Source of the DNA: Podarcis vaucheri
Lineage: Eukaryota
Assembly: GCA_965113315.1 (NCBI GenBank)
Contig: OZ220368.1
Length of the DNA stretch: 64,000 nucleotides
Strand: one strand, 5' to 3'
The notes under the pieces are model-generated. The model was given only the letters and a program-made list of their open reading frames with translations. It was not told the DNA's origin and ran no database searches. The position numbers and the translations under genes were made by a program. Shown here in pieces: positions 47,201 through 60,862 of the stretch. Numbering within the stretch: position 1 is the first letter of the stretch; every line of letters starts with the position of its first letter.

Positions 47201-50200
47201 TTGATTTTGTTTGTTTGTTTGTTTGTTTGTTAAGGCCCTTTAACTAACTCACCCAGGGGGTTGGATTAGATGATACTCGGGTTACCTTCCAACTCTACGA
47301 TTCTATCTCCTGGATCTTCTTTTGCCCACCGCCCAGCAGAGGAGAAACACGTGTTTGGGGCCTTCACCTGAAAGGTGCAAGCAATTACAGCCCTGGCAGG
47401 AGCCTCCCCGTTTCCCTGGGAGGTCTCAGACTTCTTTAATCTGTCGAGAACGGACTAATGACTGGTGCGGGACGGCGAGATCGGAAATGAGATAGAATCA
47501 AGGGAAAATAATTTGGACACCAGGAAGCCTGCATTTAAGCTGCTTAGAGAAGAATCGTGCTTTAATTTTAGGACTCCGCCTTGGGCTGCTTTCTCTCCCC
47601 TCCCACCCACCGCGGGCATTTCTGGGGGCACCGTTAACCCTGTAGGTGCCTAGCGTTGTAGTCTGGTTTCCTTGTGTTGGGAAAAGCTTTGGTGCTGCCA
47701 CCAGATACAGAAATGTGTGTCTTTTATCTGTAGCAATCCTTATGCTTGCCACCTGCTACGATTACCCTGCAGTCCGCTCTGCCCACTGACTCCGATTCTG
47801 TGGTGATTGCTTGTAAGTATGTATGCAAAGCATCGATCCCCAAAACACCTACGTGGTCCGTCCGTGGAACGTTGCTGCAAACAATTCTGCTTTATCTGAC
47901 TCTCCCCAAGACTTGCTTCAATCATTTCAGAGACGGCCAACAATTCCCAACAAGGTCTCCTTAATTTCTTGAGTCGTTGAAGACATATTAGCAAGCAGTA
48001 AAGGTTTAAGGAGATTTGAGGGGTGCTGCCGAGAGAGGTTAAAACAACTCGGTTCATTTCTTCCTCAGGGTTTCTCTTCCTCTCTGTCCTCGGATTGCCC
48101 TTTCTTATCTGCAAATGATAAGGAACGTCTGCAAAAGGTTGCGAAGCCTGCTTTTAGCATCCAATCGGTCCACGATTTACACAACAACAACAACGACGAC
48201 GACAAAATCTGGTTGCAAGTAGGGGGGGGGGTCCCCAGCAGGATTGTGGGGCAAGCTGCAAAATCTAAAGTAAGCGGAAGATCTTTCAGCCAAAAGTTGC
48301 AACCTTAAGTCCTAGGGAAATCAGTGACAAGATTCAAGTAGTATGAGAAGATACAGTATTGGAATCTGCAAGACATTTCTGACTGCGGCAAACATTTCCT
48401 GAATTCTTCCCATTCATTAGGATGATTGCTGTGGATTTTGTGCAAGAATTTGGAAAACAGCGTTCAAAGCAACAACCTAGAACATTTAAAGCATGCCCGG
48501 ATGGCATTGCTGTTGTGTGCTTTTGCCTTCTCACCCTTTACCGGTTTACTCTGATGTAGATCTCATTATGTGCAGTGGAGTTTGTTCCCAAAGAAGTGGC
48601 AAGGCAAGAAAGAAAAAAAGATGGAGGGCTTTAAAGTGCATTTCTATCCTGGTTCCTACCTAAATGCGGAGGGAAAGCCTGCAGGAAGATGACAGGACGA
48701 CCTTCTAAGGTCGAAAACCACATTGCCGAACGTGTTGAAAACCCGATGGGATCTGGAAAGCGGCGTTGGAAAGCCTGCCCCGAGATTTCCAAACAAAAGT
48801 TTTGTTTTCTTCTTCTTTTCACTGTGCTTCGTTTTTCACATGGCGCAAGATGTATTCTTGTGGGTATTTCTTATTCCCCAACGCCCTCCTAAAATCGTTC
48901 GGCAACGTGGGGAGAATTTGGAAAAGTAATGGCGTGCCAGGGCCCGCCTCCCTACAGAAATAAAACCAACATTAAAACAAACACACAAAAAGTCTCGAAC
49001 GTATTCGTTAATAATAAATAATAAAAATAAATAAAAATAAGCTTGCGTAAATAGATTCCGATTACAGTGGTCAAAGTATATCAGGTCCAAAGGAGAGAGA
49101 TGGAGCGTGGTCTTTACAACTGGCTAGTGCCCAAAATTATCCCATACTTTTGTTAAATACATTTCGAGGAAGGGAAAATAATGCCAAAAGGTAGCGAAAT
49201 CTTCTGCTTTCTCCCCAAAGCGATATTCAGAACCCAGTGCATCTAGAAATCATGTGGCTAATAGTGAATCTGATGGCCACTGGTAAACATTTACTTGAAA
49301 AAATAATAATTCAGAGCAACTATACGCCCGAGCGAGCGAGCTTCAAACCGTAGCTCAATTCCAGGCGTTTGCCGCTGTCCCCTGTAAAAACTGGAGTGGG
49401 AGAGAGAAATCTGATGAAAGCTTATCAGTTACAGTTGGTTGACAAGGAAAACGCTGCTCACTCGAGGAATGCTAACTGCACATTGTTGCTGTGTGCGCGT
49501 GCGAACACATTGTTGATAGTACTAAGAAATTATGTAGGGAACTTGCAGACTCTTATGGTTTGTGCTTTTGAGTTGGGGTTAGTTTATTTTGAAAGTCGAC
49601 TGAAATACATCTCCGTTGTCCTAATTCTGAATTGGACAATTTAAGATGCCATCTTTTTATACCTCCCGCCACCATTTTTGAAATTCTATATCAAGTGTAA
49701 ACAACAACAACAACAACAAAAGACGAGGGAAGAAGATAAAGGGGGGAAAGGAGAATTTCCCTATTGTTGGGAAGCGCGAAAGTGCGTGGGTTGTGTGCGC
49801 ATTTTCATATAACGTGGGTCTTTCTAATAGCCTTCAGCAATAATTCTGAATGCTGAAGAAAGAGGAAAGAATACTGAATAATTTGGGTGGAATATTTTTG
49901 CATATTGTTTTTGTGGCTAGTTCAAATCTTCCAAAATGCAGCAGACAATACTTTTCGGAACGGGTGTTGGGGCGGGGATGTAATATTCCACCCCATTATA
50001 TTTTGGTCTGACTGCAGCTTTTTCCTCCCTTTTGCAATAAAGGCCAAAAGTATACCTTTTTTGTGTATAACGTCTTCGGTCGAGTCAGTTGCAAACACCA
50101 CTGAAATTGTCAACCAATACGACTCCCTAACATCGTTTAACTAAGGACTAAGAACCAAGTCTTTAGCTGCCCTGCGCAGCCCGATCCTAAGCAGCGTTAG

Positions 50201-53200
50201 AGGTGCCACTGAAATCACAGCGCAGCAACTGCTACTAATGTTCGTGTTTTGAATCTCTTGTAAACGCAGGTTGGGTTTTTCGTTGTTTGTTTCCTAGCCC
50301 AGCTCATAGGCTGGGTTCTCTGCACCCAGTTACCTACAGGCGTAAATTCTCTTTGTCGGTGAAACTTCGTGCCTCAGTGAATCTTGCACTTGGATATTTG
50401 TTGTTGTTTTGGGAGGAAAGGCCTCCTGAGTCCAGCAGGGCGTGCTTTCGAGGCGGATTACATAGGACTGTAGTAGTAGTGCATGTCTTTTCAGAAGTAA
50501 ATTCCATGGAATTTCCCCCCTCCAATGAAAAAAAATATGGCATTAAAATGAGCAGGAGCTAATGGTATTCCTTCGAATCGTGTGCAGGAGTCGTTTAATT
50601 GGGGGACTTTATTCTAAATAGTCAAATGATGGGTTGGATATTGATAGGCAGAAAGTAACAGTACCTTCGCTTTCCACCGGATCCTCGTGCAATATCCAGT
50701 GTTTGGAGGTTTTAAAATATCTGCTTATATTCTCTCTTTGTGCTTCTCTAGAGACTGAAGGAAAGTCTCCAGAGACTGAAGTAAAGGATAGGTTTTTGTT
50801 TAACCTTTATTCAGATTAGTTTCTAGGAAGATTGGTTCACAACATTTGCACTATAATAGAGTAGTGCTTAACTCAGCATGACCACTTTACTGATAAATAA
50901 AAACCACTCCTTTCCTAAATATAAGCTTTATTTGGCACTCCGTTAATTGCAATGGAATTCACTTTGGTCTTATAGCCCAATGTAAAATATACAATCCCAT
51001 CATTTGCAAGTTTATATTCAGCAGGGAATTCCACTGAATTCACTGGGATTTCCACTGAATTCCAATCTATACATACTAATGGCACAATCCTATATGTATC
51101 AACTCAATTCAGTGTCAAGTCAATTCAGTGAAGAAACTTACTCCCAGGTAATTGTGTATAAGGTCGCAGCTTAGCTGTTATGTGCCGACAATTGGGCTGC
51201 CTGTGATGCAAATAAGTGATAACAAAGACAAAATAAAACGGTCTCTTTCAAAATGCCTAACTGAACAAATTAGGGATTTCTGAAATAAACTCCCTAAACC
51301 CCATTGCCTGTGTAATTAGACTGCAGTATTTCCCTGTTGTGTCCAACATGAAACCCACAATTCTGCTGCACAAGTAGTAACAGTGCAAAGCAATGCATAT
51401 TTATTCTGAAGTAGAATTTACTCCCTATTAAATGTGTTTATGATTGTAGTTTAGGACTAAGTAAACATGCATACGATTTCAACTGTGAATGTCCTCAGAT
51501 CTGTACCATAGGATGAAAGCAAAAGATGTGGGATTCTCCCATTTTAACTGTTGGTACCACTCTCTCTTTGCTGGAGCATCATAATAATCTCTGCTAGGAG
51601 AAGAAATTGTGTGCAAATGATGCTGAGATGTGCACAAGAGTCTTATAAAAGTAATGTCGTATAAATGTCACGTAAAAGCAAATGACAGGTAGGATTGGGG
51701 CCTAGATTTAGAGCAAGGTATAAACATGCATTGCCATTTAGCTGAACTTGTGGCAAACGAGGATTATGCTTCCACATGGCAGTTTATTGTGGACTCAGGG
51801 CTGATCATGCATGCAGGTTTTGTGCAGAAGCCACATGATGTTGCCCTCATTAAAACACCACCTTATATATTCCTCCCTATTTATTCTAGATTTGCCTTTT
51901 CTGGGCGTGGGGACTGATAAGGTTAACTACCCACCCCCGTAAGAGAAATTCTGGATTAAAGGGTAGTGGCAATGTGTAGCAGGGAAGAAAATATGGGGTG
52001 GCAGTTGGATGAGGATGACTTAATGTGGATGCTGGGGGCGGAGGGAATGCTTGCATGCATGAGCACTACAGAATCCATAATAAACTGCTGTGTGGAAGTG
52101 CCCTGTGTCTAGATTTGCTGGAGGGAGCAGGTGGTGCTCAGATTTGAAACCAGTCTGTAGTGTCATAGGTTCTATCCCATAATAGATAAAATAATAATAT
52201 AGATTCTTTAAGGATACGCAGGCAACTTTTCACTTACCTCTGAGCAACCACAGCTTCCCTGCCTTACAGAGTCAAGCTACCCTTCTAATTGGTACTAATC
52301 TGTGTAATTGCACGCTCAAGAAAAATGATGGAAAGTAAACAGGTGAAGGAGAGAAGTATATCTGCATAAAGCACCCAATCCAGATTAAGTTAGTGTGCTT
52401 AAATCACAGCCTTATGTGTATTTACTCAGAATTGGTCCTACTAATTTCAGCTGGTAGGTACGTGTACATAAGACTCCATCATATATCCCATTGAGTTAAT
52501 AGAATTGCGGCTGATGAACTTTCACCAGATTGCTTACTGGGGCAACCGTATTTATTCTTCCCAAATTGCAGAGTGACTTTAAAAGTTTTCACAGTATGTC
52601 ATGACTTTTTAAAGTTATTTTTCACCAGCAAAAATAATTGTATAAAAAGCAAAATGTTAACAACATGAAAGGCACACTGCTTATATAAAATATTTGTTAA
52701 TCAGTGGTACGGGGGGTGGGGGTGGTGAGTGATGAAGATGTGTTTGCTGTGTGTTTGTTTGTGTGTGTATATGTATACATATGCATACTGGTAATGACAA
52801 CTTGTTTGGCCCCCTTTTGTGAGCACGCTATGGGGTGTCTAAATTTCCCATTTCCTTCAACCCAAATATGCCAGGAACTCACCCCCAGTTCTTCTGGGCA
52901 GATTAAATTTGTCATCCCTATGCCAGATAAATTTCTCCCGCCAATCAAGTTGTGTAATAAGTTAAAATATGAAAAGACAGGAATGTAGCCATTGTCTAAA
53001 CTAAACCATATTTGATGGATGGGCCCAAATGATACTTCTCCTGGCAAAGGTATATGTCTATGTGTGGGGTGGGGATTAGCTTACAATGATTCAATGAAGC
53101 AGGCAGTGGAAAAACACCACACCAGAGAATGAAGAGACCTCTGGGGCTTTAGCCAATTGAGGGATGGATACAGCCTTGAACCTGCAATTTAGGATAGATG

Positions 53201-53774
53201 AAAAGGAAAGCAGGTCTCCTACATCTTTAGTGGTAGTGGGGAGTTGAGTCTCTTGAAAGAATTCCCTCTTCTGGACAACTATTCAAGCAGAAGATTCCTG
53301 TCATCTTTATTTAAATTATTTTTAACGTGGCCACTCTACTGGAGTTGGATAAAATGAGTTTTGGGAAGCAAGAGTTGTAATAATGGGCAGGCATTAAGAA
53401 TGAACAAAAAACCAGGCTAGCTATGAGGCAGCAAATGTCATTTGTTAAGGATGCTGGGAATTGCTGCTTTGTAAACTACAGTTCCCATAAACTTAAATGT
53501 GCTTTAAATGTATGGTGTGTACACCAACAGAGTCCTACTAGCAGTAGTCCAGGTGTGTTTTATTTCCCTGCCACCACACTAATAACCTTAATCTCAGACT
53601 GTTTTGATTCATTACAAATTGGCTTGAAGCACTGTGTAGTTAGAAAGTCACTGTGATGTAGTGGTTGGCTCAGGTAAGAAATGTGGTGTGACTGAAATTG
53701 GCCCTAACCGTTTGGTTGTGCTTGCTGGTGCTGATGGGAGTTGTAGTCCAAAACATCTAGAGGGCCTATTCCAG

Positions 53775-53970
53775 GGTTAGAGTGCTGGCCTGGGACCTGG
53801 GAGACTAGGGGTGAAATTCCCACTCAGTCATAAAGTTGACTGGGTGATCTTGGGCCACTCACTGTCTCTCAGTCTAATTTACCTCATAGGGTTGTTGTGA
53901 GGGTAAAATGCAGAAGAAACGAACAATGTACACCACCTTAAGCTCCTTGGAAGAAATGCAGGATGAGAAT
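53775..53970 (+). mobile_element. MIR/CORE-like squamate SINE
   Basis: Homologous to 37555-37729. Confidence 0.7.
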
Positions 53971-56159
53971 ATTGCTGCTGCTGCTGATATCAATATAGTT
54001 AATGTGTATGGGGAACTGAAGTGTGTTGGTTAACTTTGGACTGCCCTACACTCCACTCCACAGAGGTGGTGTTCCTATTCTAACTATTGTCATGCACTCT
54101 GAATTTGGGATGTACACTCTGTCTTGCAGCAACCAGTGTAGTAAAATGTAGTAAAATCCAGACTGGCCAAGGCCTATTACACCTACACCAAATCTTGAAG
54201 CTGCTTCAGCCACAGAGGCCTGACACTCAGGACCAGTCCAATATGTTTTGGTGCCTAAAACCAAGGTGGCACCACTTTCCAAAATTCCACATATAGAGGC
54301 AACTGGCAGTTGAATCTTACTTCAGCACTGAATGCGTCCACTGCATTTGAGGCAGCAGGCAAGCTTATGGAGTGTAGGTAGACTGTTTGACAATGCACTT
54401 ATGTCCTCCAAGGTTTTGTTGGCAGTTCCCCCCCACCCAGTATCCTCACCCCACCTAATGATGTGGATGGCCCTGCTAATAATCAGGAATGGGAATTTGG
54501 AAGTTTGCTTGTGCTGCTGTAGAGTATTGAGGCTAGGGACACAGCATGGTCAAAGGATACTTGCATATGAGAGAGGTGATGTTGCACATTGTGCCACATT
54601 GTAAATAATTTTTATCCTGTCTTTCTACAAAATAATAATACATCAAAGACCATGCATGAGATCAGGTAGTCCTCATTTTCATGCAAGTACAGAACCCTTT
54701 ATTCCAGCACAGAAGAGCACCAATTATTCCTCTCCCATGGGCTGGCAGAGTCAGTTCAGTCCTGAAGATACTATGTATGTCACTGACATGCTGCCACCTG
54801 CAGCTCAGTGATTCACCATGCAGGGAAGCTGCTGACAGATCCAACCACACTTGACAGTGGGTAACTCAATAGCCCCAGCAGCAGCAAAGGAAGAGAGTAG
54901 CTTGGAGTTTCTTGACCACTGGAGTTATGCCACTAATGGTACTTAAAATTTGAACAGCATTTGTTGCCTAACCCAATAACAGTGGCATCACTAGTATGGC
55001 TACAGAGTTCCATGTGGCCTGTGTGATGATTTCCCCCTCCACGAAATCATTTATTTAATTAGTTAAGACAATTTCTATACCCTTAATATATTAAAAACAT
55101 AGCTAAGCAGCACACAACAAAACTAAAATAGCACTAATATGACAAAATGCACAATTAATTCATCAATACTAACTACTAAAAAGTACAAAAATGCAACAAA
55201 GTGTTGCATACAAAGTGTTGCATACAAAATGTAGCATGCAAAATGTTGCTGTTGTTCTGTCCTCACTGGGGGAAGGAACTATTCTCAGAGGACAGGTTTC
55301 AAATATCCATGCTGAACTTTATTGATGGGAGCCACTATCCATGCCTACATCAGGCTGTGTTGGCAACTGAGCCACAATCAGGTAAAGTGAATAAGAGGAT
55401 TTGAGGCACAGGAAAAGTTTATCAAGTTGGGATGCCAGTATGTTGTCCCTCTGTGCACTTTCTAGTGTCTGCCACATCTCAAAGAAGAAAAAAGGAACGG
55501 AATCTCCCAGTGGAGATTTCACTCCTCGCCTTTCATCACTGATTTGCCACCCACCTGAAAGGAAGACAATGGCTGCTACCTGATACAGAAAGGATTCATA
55601 TCGACTTACCCAGAGGAAGTATACTCTACTGTATGAAATATAATGGAGGGCCTGGATTCTCCCAACATTGCAAAGCTGTGTAGGATTACTTCCACCACCC
55701 CTCTTCACCATACATGGAAAGCTGAATAATTTCAAAGGTTCGGAAATTTTGTGCATCTGTGTGCATTTTGGGCTCTTTCATTTTGCAACTTGCCTACCCA
55801 GGCCTAGATAATACTGATATTGTTTGTTTACTTCCTTTTGGAACTTTCTTCCACCATCTTGTTGAAATGTTCATTAGCTCACATCAAATTGCATGATCTG
55901 ATATCTCCAACAATGCTAGTTAGTTCCTCTTTAAAACATCCTGCTCATTTGTTTGAAATAACAGTCAGTACCGCTTTCTCAAGTTCACATTAGTCTGGAC
56001 AGTTAACAGCTTTCTAAATTGGTTCCATGCCTTGGTTATGCTAGATTCTGATGAAGAGACTAACAGCACAAGTCTGAGCACAATTACTCAGAAGCAAGCC
56101 TTGCTGTCTTCAGTAGGATTTCCTAATCAGGGACTGTGTTAAGATGTATGTTGTATGTT

Positions 56160-56432
56160 GGCATTCATCTGTGTCTCAAGACACAATGGAGTGTGCCTCT
56201 GGGGGACAGAGTGAAGTCAAACCACTGTGTTAGCAGCACCAAAGTCACCTCCCCAAGTCACAAGCCTGGGCATTGTGCATGAAGGCCCTGGGCTGCCCAG
56301 ACAACAAGACCCTCCTCTCAGCCTCACTGATGTGGTCCAAAGGAAAGCAGAGCAATGCATTTGGCACAAGCTTTGTTGCCAGAGTTGGAGGTATACAAGG
56401 TACCATCTAACCATCTTAGGGACTCCACTCCA
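56160..56432 (-). mobile_element. RTE-type retroposon 5'-region fragment
   Basis: Recalled similarity of ctttggaccacatcagtgagg...gtcttgttgtctgggcagcccagg to RTE 5' regions. Confidence 0.45.
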
Positions 56433-56669
56433 CTTTCTCTTTTTAAGCTTGCTTCCAGCATTTTTAATACTACTTGCTCTATTACGGCTCCAGTTCTAAA
56501 CACACTTATTAGGGGATGTTCAATATTAAATTTAGCAAGAACTAAAAAGCATCTAAGCAAGCAGAGTGAGCTTTCCTCCCAAAAATTATTCAAGTAATCA
56601 GAACACTCCTATGTGTGGGATAGGGTATATGGATGACAGCTCCATAGGGTAGCTCCATGTTTCATAGAC

Positions 56670-56789
56670 CAGGGTTTCCCAAACTTGGGTCTCCAGCTGC
56701 TGTTGGGACTACAAATCCTACCATCCCTAGCTATCAGGACCTGTGGTCAGGAATGTTGGGAACTGGAGACCTAAGTTTGGGAAACCCTG
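56670..56789. mobile_element. hAT-type MITE with 27-bp TIR
   Basis: CAGGGTTTCCCAAACTTGGGTCTCCAG/CTGGAGACCTAAGTTTGGGAAACCCTG; TSD 6/8. Related halves occur near 38110-38187, 53730-53770 and 61538-61656. Confidence 0.8.
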
Positions 56790-56794
56790 TTATA

Positions 56795-57030
56795 TACAGA
56801 TTCATGGAGGATATAGTTCTTGGCAGATTCTATCCATGATGGCTATGTTTTATCTCCATTGTTAGAGGCAGTATGCTTATGAATTCTGGTTGCTGGAAAC
56901 AGCAGGAAGGAAGGGGGCTATTGCACTCAGGCTCTGCTTGTGAGTGTCTCATAGACATCTGGCTGGCCCCTGTGATAGGAGAACACTGGGCTAGATGGGT
57001 CTTTGGTCTGATCTGACAGGCTTCTTCCTA
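56795..57030 (+). mobile_element. CR1-group LINE 3' end
   Basis: ttcatggaggata...ctgggctagatgggtctttggtctgatctgacaggct terminus. Confidence 0.55.
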
Positions 57031-57499
57031 AGGTGTCATTTTACAAAGTAAAGATGGCTGCCAATATCCTAAGCATAAAGCAAAATTCTTGTTCCATTCT
57101 ACAGAAAAGAACATTTCACAACTGATGTGTCTTACTTGGGAACATGTGCACAGGGAAATTCCTATTTAATTTTCAGTTTAAAAAGAAGAAAGGTGGAAGA
57201 ATTTGTTGCATGCATGCCTTATTACCCTATTGGTATAATGTGCCTTTTGACATACTAACAATATATTATTGTCTTATGTTATTACGTGTGGTAAGCAGTA
57301 TTTATTTGCAGTGAAGTTGGATAATGAGATGCAGTATGCATGCTAGTTTGCTGAATTTTGTTTTACTGGAGGAAAGAGAAGTTGGTAAAGAGAAGATACG
57401 TCAAAATTTTATTCAGAGGGAGGGGGATGGAGAAGAGTAATCGGTTTAATTTCCAGGTAAACATATAGCTGTGAAGTAACGGTAGCCAGAGAGAAAGTG

Positions 57500-60070
57500 A
57501 GGGCTGGAATGGGCGTGAAGCAGGACCCCTAGCCAGGCCACAACAGAGGACTCAGGCGGATTTTGCCTGTGGCTTCAATTCGATTCCCTGCCGTTTATCA
57601 GATAAATAAACAGGACAGGTTTTTGTTTGGGTTTTCGCTGGCCTGACCGAGGGAGGTCCAGTCCCCTTGGGGCGAAGGAGCACGGATCTTGTGAATGACG
57701 CTTTGGGGCCTTCTCAAAATGCAAAGTCGCTTTCTTTAGACAAGCGTTTGCGTTTCTGTAGGCTCCTTTCCCCCTCCCACTTTCCCCTTTCCTTTCCCCT
57801 TTTTTTGTGCTGGCTCACCGGGCGATCCAAGCAATTACTTCATCATCTCCCACCCAAGCAGCCAGCAGGGCGCTCGGCTCGCTCCAACGACCCACGTTAG
57901 GGAGGAAATAGAAGCTCCACGGAGTTCAGTGGCGCTTATTCGCAAGTAACCGCGCATGGGGGGGGGGAAGGGTAGAAAGACAGACAGACATAAAGAAAAT
58001 TCTCCAAAGTATTAAGATTGGTCTTTCGGACCAGGTGGAGGGGTAATGCACGCGCCTTTTCTTAAAACCTAATCTCTCTCTTTTTCTCCCCATTTTTCTG
58101 TTTTCTTCCCCCTTTCTCTGTGTATTAAATTCTGCCACCACGCCTGCTCAGTGAAAGAACTAACATTATCCAAATATCAGGGGCCCCGATGCAGCTTCTT
58201 ACTAGCAATGTTGCAGGCACCTTAAAAACAACAACAACAACCTAGCATAAACTTTGAACAGTAGCATAAAGAAGGATATGCTTTTTTAAAAAAGAAACCC
58301 AGCCAGACCTCCCTTCCCCCATGTCTTCCTTTCCGCGCCAGTGAAAAGCGCCTCCTGTCAGGCCTTGGTGCGGTGCGATCCTGCGCCTGCTTACTCCAAA
58401 GCTAATTCTACTGAAGGAAACGATTCGTATCTGTTTTGTCTTCGATTATTGCTTTCCCAAGGGGCAGGCGGCTATACAGAGGGGAACGGGGAGACGCTCT
58501 TTCTGCCATCCTGCCGGATGGAGCCCTGCGCAAAGGTGCGCACCGCACCATGCCGAGTTGGAAAGAGAGAGGTGGAGACAATCTGCCCCCTCCCCGTTTA
58601 AAATTATGTCACGCCTAAAGCATCCTGACAGACTCATACAGCAGCCGGAGAGGGAAACGGTCCCTTCCAGAACTAAGATTTAAATGTCAGAAAGTATCGC
58701 TCTATCCATGTCTATATCTGCGCTCACCCAAGGAGATTAGCAGTGCGCATGGTCCTTTCGAAAGTGAAATGAGCTACTGAATAGAAAGAACGCTGCCCCG
58801 AAGAGTGAACAGTGGAACAGCGCAAACTGTTAAATCCTATTGAGCTCAGTGGCATTTCCTGCCAGGTAAGCGTGTATATTGAATTCTAGCCTAAATCTTG
58901 ATCCTGTGGGAGTCAAACAATTACAGAATGAAAGGTCCAGCACGCCTAAAAGGCAAGGCTAGAAATGAAGAAATGCTTTTAACCAAGGGCAGCCAGTATT
59001 AAAATTGCAACAGGCAAGGCACCCTTGTTACACCGAACTCTTCCTCTGGTTGTGCAAAGCGTGGCGATACTAAGAGTTGTTCGCCCAGTGTTCAGTGGCG
59101 CCTGCTCCCAGATAAGTAGGCATAGGATGGCAACTTGAGAGTTGAACCCAATCCAATCCCACTCAGGCGTTCCACACTGAAATCAATGGGCACGATGCTG
59201 TCCACTGATGTCAAATGGATCTGCTCTGAACAGCACTTAGGTTTGGGTTTGCTGCTTTGGAATAATAACCACTCCACCGTGGTTGTCCCCTCACGATCAC
59301 ACACTCACACAGATTTACAAGCGAAGCTCCATATTTAGGGATAATGCACGCTCGGAAACGCGGCGGAAAACCAGCCTCTTGAAAGAGCTGTGTGTTGCTG
59401 AAGAACCAGTCAGTTGTAGTAGATCCTCTGGAGGCTCTGGAAAAAACAATTCTCGCTCTCCTCCTCCTCTCTTTCCCCTCCTGCTCACAGGATTCCCCGA
59501 TCTCTTGGGGTTTGTCCTGGCCGGGTCTCCTGCACAGTCTGGTGCGCGCTTCACTCCGTCCTGCTTGGACAAGAGGGCTCCGAGTGCGGTTCCGGCTGTC
59601 CATCCATCCTTCCTTCCGTCTTCCCTGCTTCGCCTCCCCTGCAGCCCTCCAGGGAAGAAAGGATTGGAACGCCTCCATCTCTCCTCCAGGATAAAGGCCG
59701 TGAGAGGTACCCTGTATCTTTTCACTCACACCCACAAAAACCTCCATGGCAACGGGGCTCTTCCCGCAGGACACCCTGCGCTCTCTCCCCCTCTCCGCCC
59801 TCCGGCTACAGCCGGAGCCAGAAAAAAATCAGCAACGGAGGCCGAGGAGGAAGGACTCTCGCTCAGCTGCTCTCCCGGAGCCGCTTGGAATTGGGCTGCG
59901 CCGCTATTCGAAGCAATCCCCGCCGCTGCTTCCCGAAACTGCTCATCTTCAGCTTTTTGGTGGGGGATGGAACTGTGAGGCTTTCCTGCGACTGGATAGG
60001 GGGCAGGCAAGAGAAAGGCAGCCAGGCCCTGGGATCTCCTTTAAAATGTTTTTTTTCCCCTTGCGCAGAA
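57500..60070. promoter_or_regulatory. Second (distal) CpG island, candidate LHX8 enhancer or non-coding promoter
   Basis: Abrupt CpG/GC enrichment with no recognisable coding exon. Confidence 0.65.
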
Positions 60071-60818
60071 TCCAAAGATGGACTTTTTAGGTTCTTTGCA
60101 AACTGGGCCTCCAGATGTGGTTGAATTCTGCAGCTCCCATGGATCCTGCCCACTGACCTAGGAATAGAGGAAGGTGCCAGACCATTGCTCCGTCTAGCTC
60201 TAGCTCAGGGTTTTCTACTGGCAGCAGCTGTCTAGGATTTTAGACAAGGGACAGCTTTAAGTACCTGGAGATGCTAGTGATTGGCGGTGGGGAGCTTGTG
60301 CATGCAAAGAACAGGAAAACCAGAAGTTGGCCCTGGGGGAACTTGACAAATCAGTGGTCTCCAGCTTGTACTGAACCAACTTCATTTGGTGTGAAGTTTG
60401 CAAAATCTAATTCTCCCCTCTTCCCACCACAGTTTCAGCAAATTGCAACTTTAGCTTCCTTATTCACTTTCTATAAATGAAGCTTGATTTCAGCAGAGTT
60501 TAACCCAACACAAACAATAGTGATTGTAATTTCAGGTTTCCACGCTATTGACTGCGTGGAAGAAAAAATACCTTCTATTGAACATGGTCTTGAAAGGAAC
60601 TGTGTTATTTGCCTCCCCCCCCCCCATTTCTTCCATTCTTCCTTTTTTGGTTGGGTGGTTGTGTGATTAAATCAACCCTACAATTTCCCCTGGAGATGTT
60701 GTGTGTAGAATGGGTAATATTATGATTTTATGTTGCCCTGATACCATCATCAAAGATGGGTGGGCTGTTTATCCCTAATACTTGTGTTAAAGTCCTTGCC
60801 AAAGAAGCCAAGGCCTAG

Positions 60819-60822
<4 letters not shown>

Positions 60823-60860
<38 letters not shown>
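60823..60860. repeat. (AC)19 microsatellite
   Basis: Read directly. Confidence 0.95.

Positions 60861-60862
<2 letters not shown>

Larger units (their letters stand above)
39900..50600. promoter_or_regulatory. Large CpG-rich domain over the LHX8 promoter, exons 1-3 and upstream region
   Basis: CpG is abundant here and strongly depleted in the flanks (by eye). TATA-like tract 44082-44096, ATTGG boxes at 44459 and 44642, GC box 44631-44638. Confidence 0.8.

Noticed and set aside
59211-59978. Overlapping 231-aa (+), 187-aa (-) and 136-aa (-) ORFs
   Set aside because: Low-complexity S/P/R/A translations with no recognisable domain, on both strands. This is expected from stop-codon scarcity in a CpG island.
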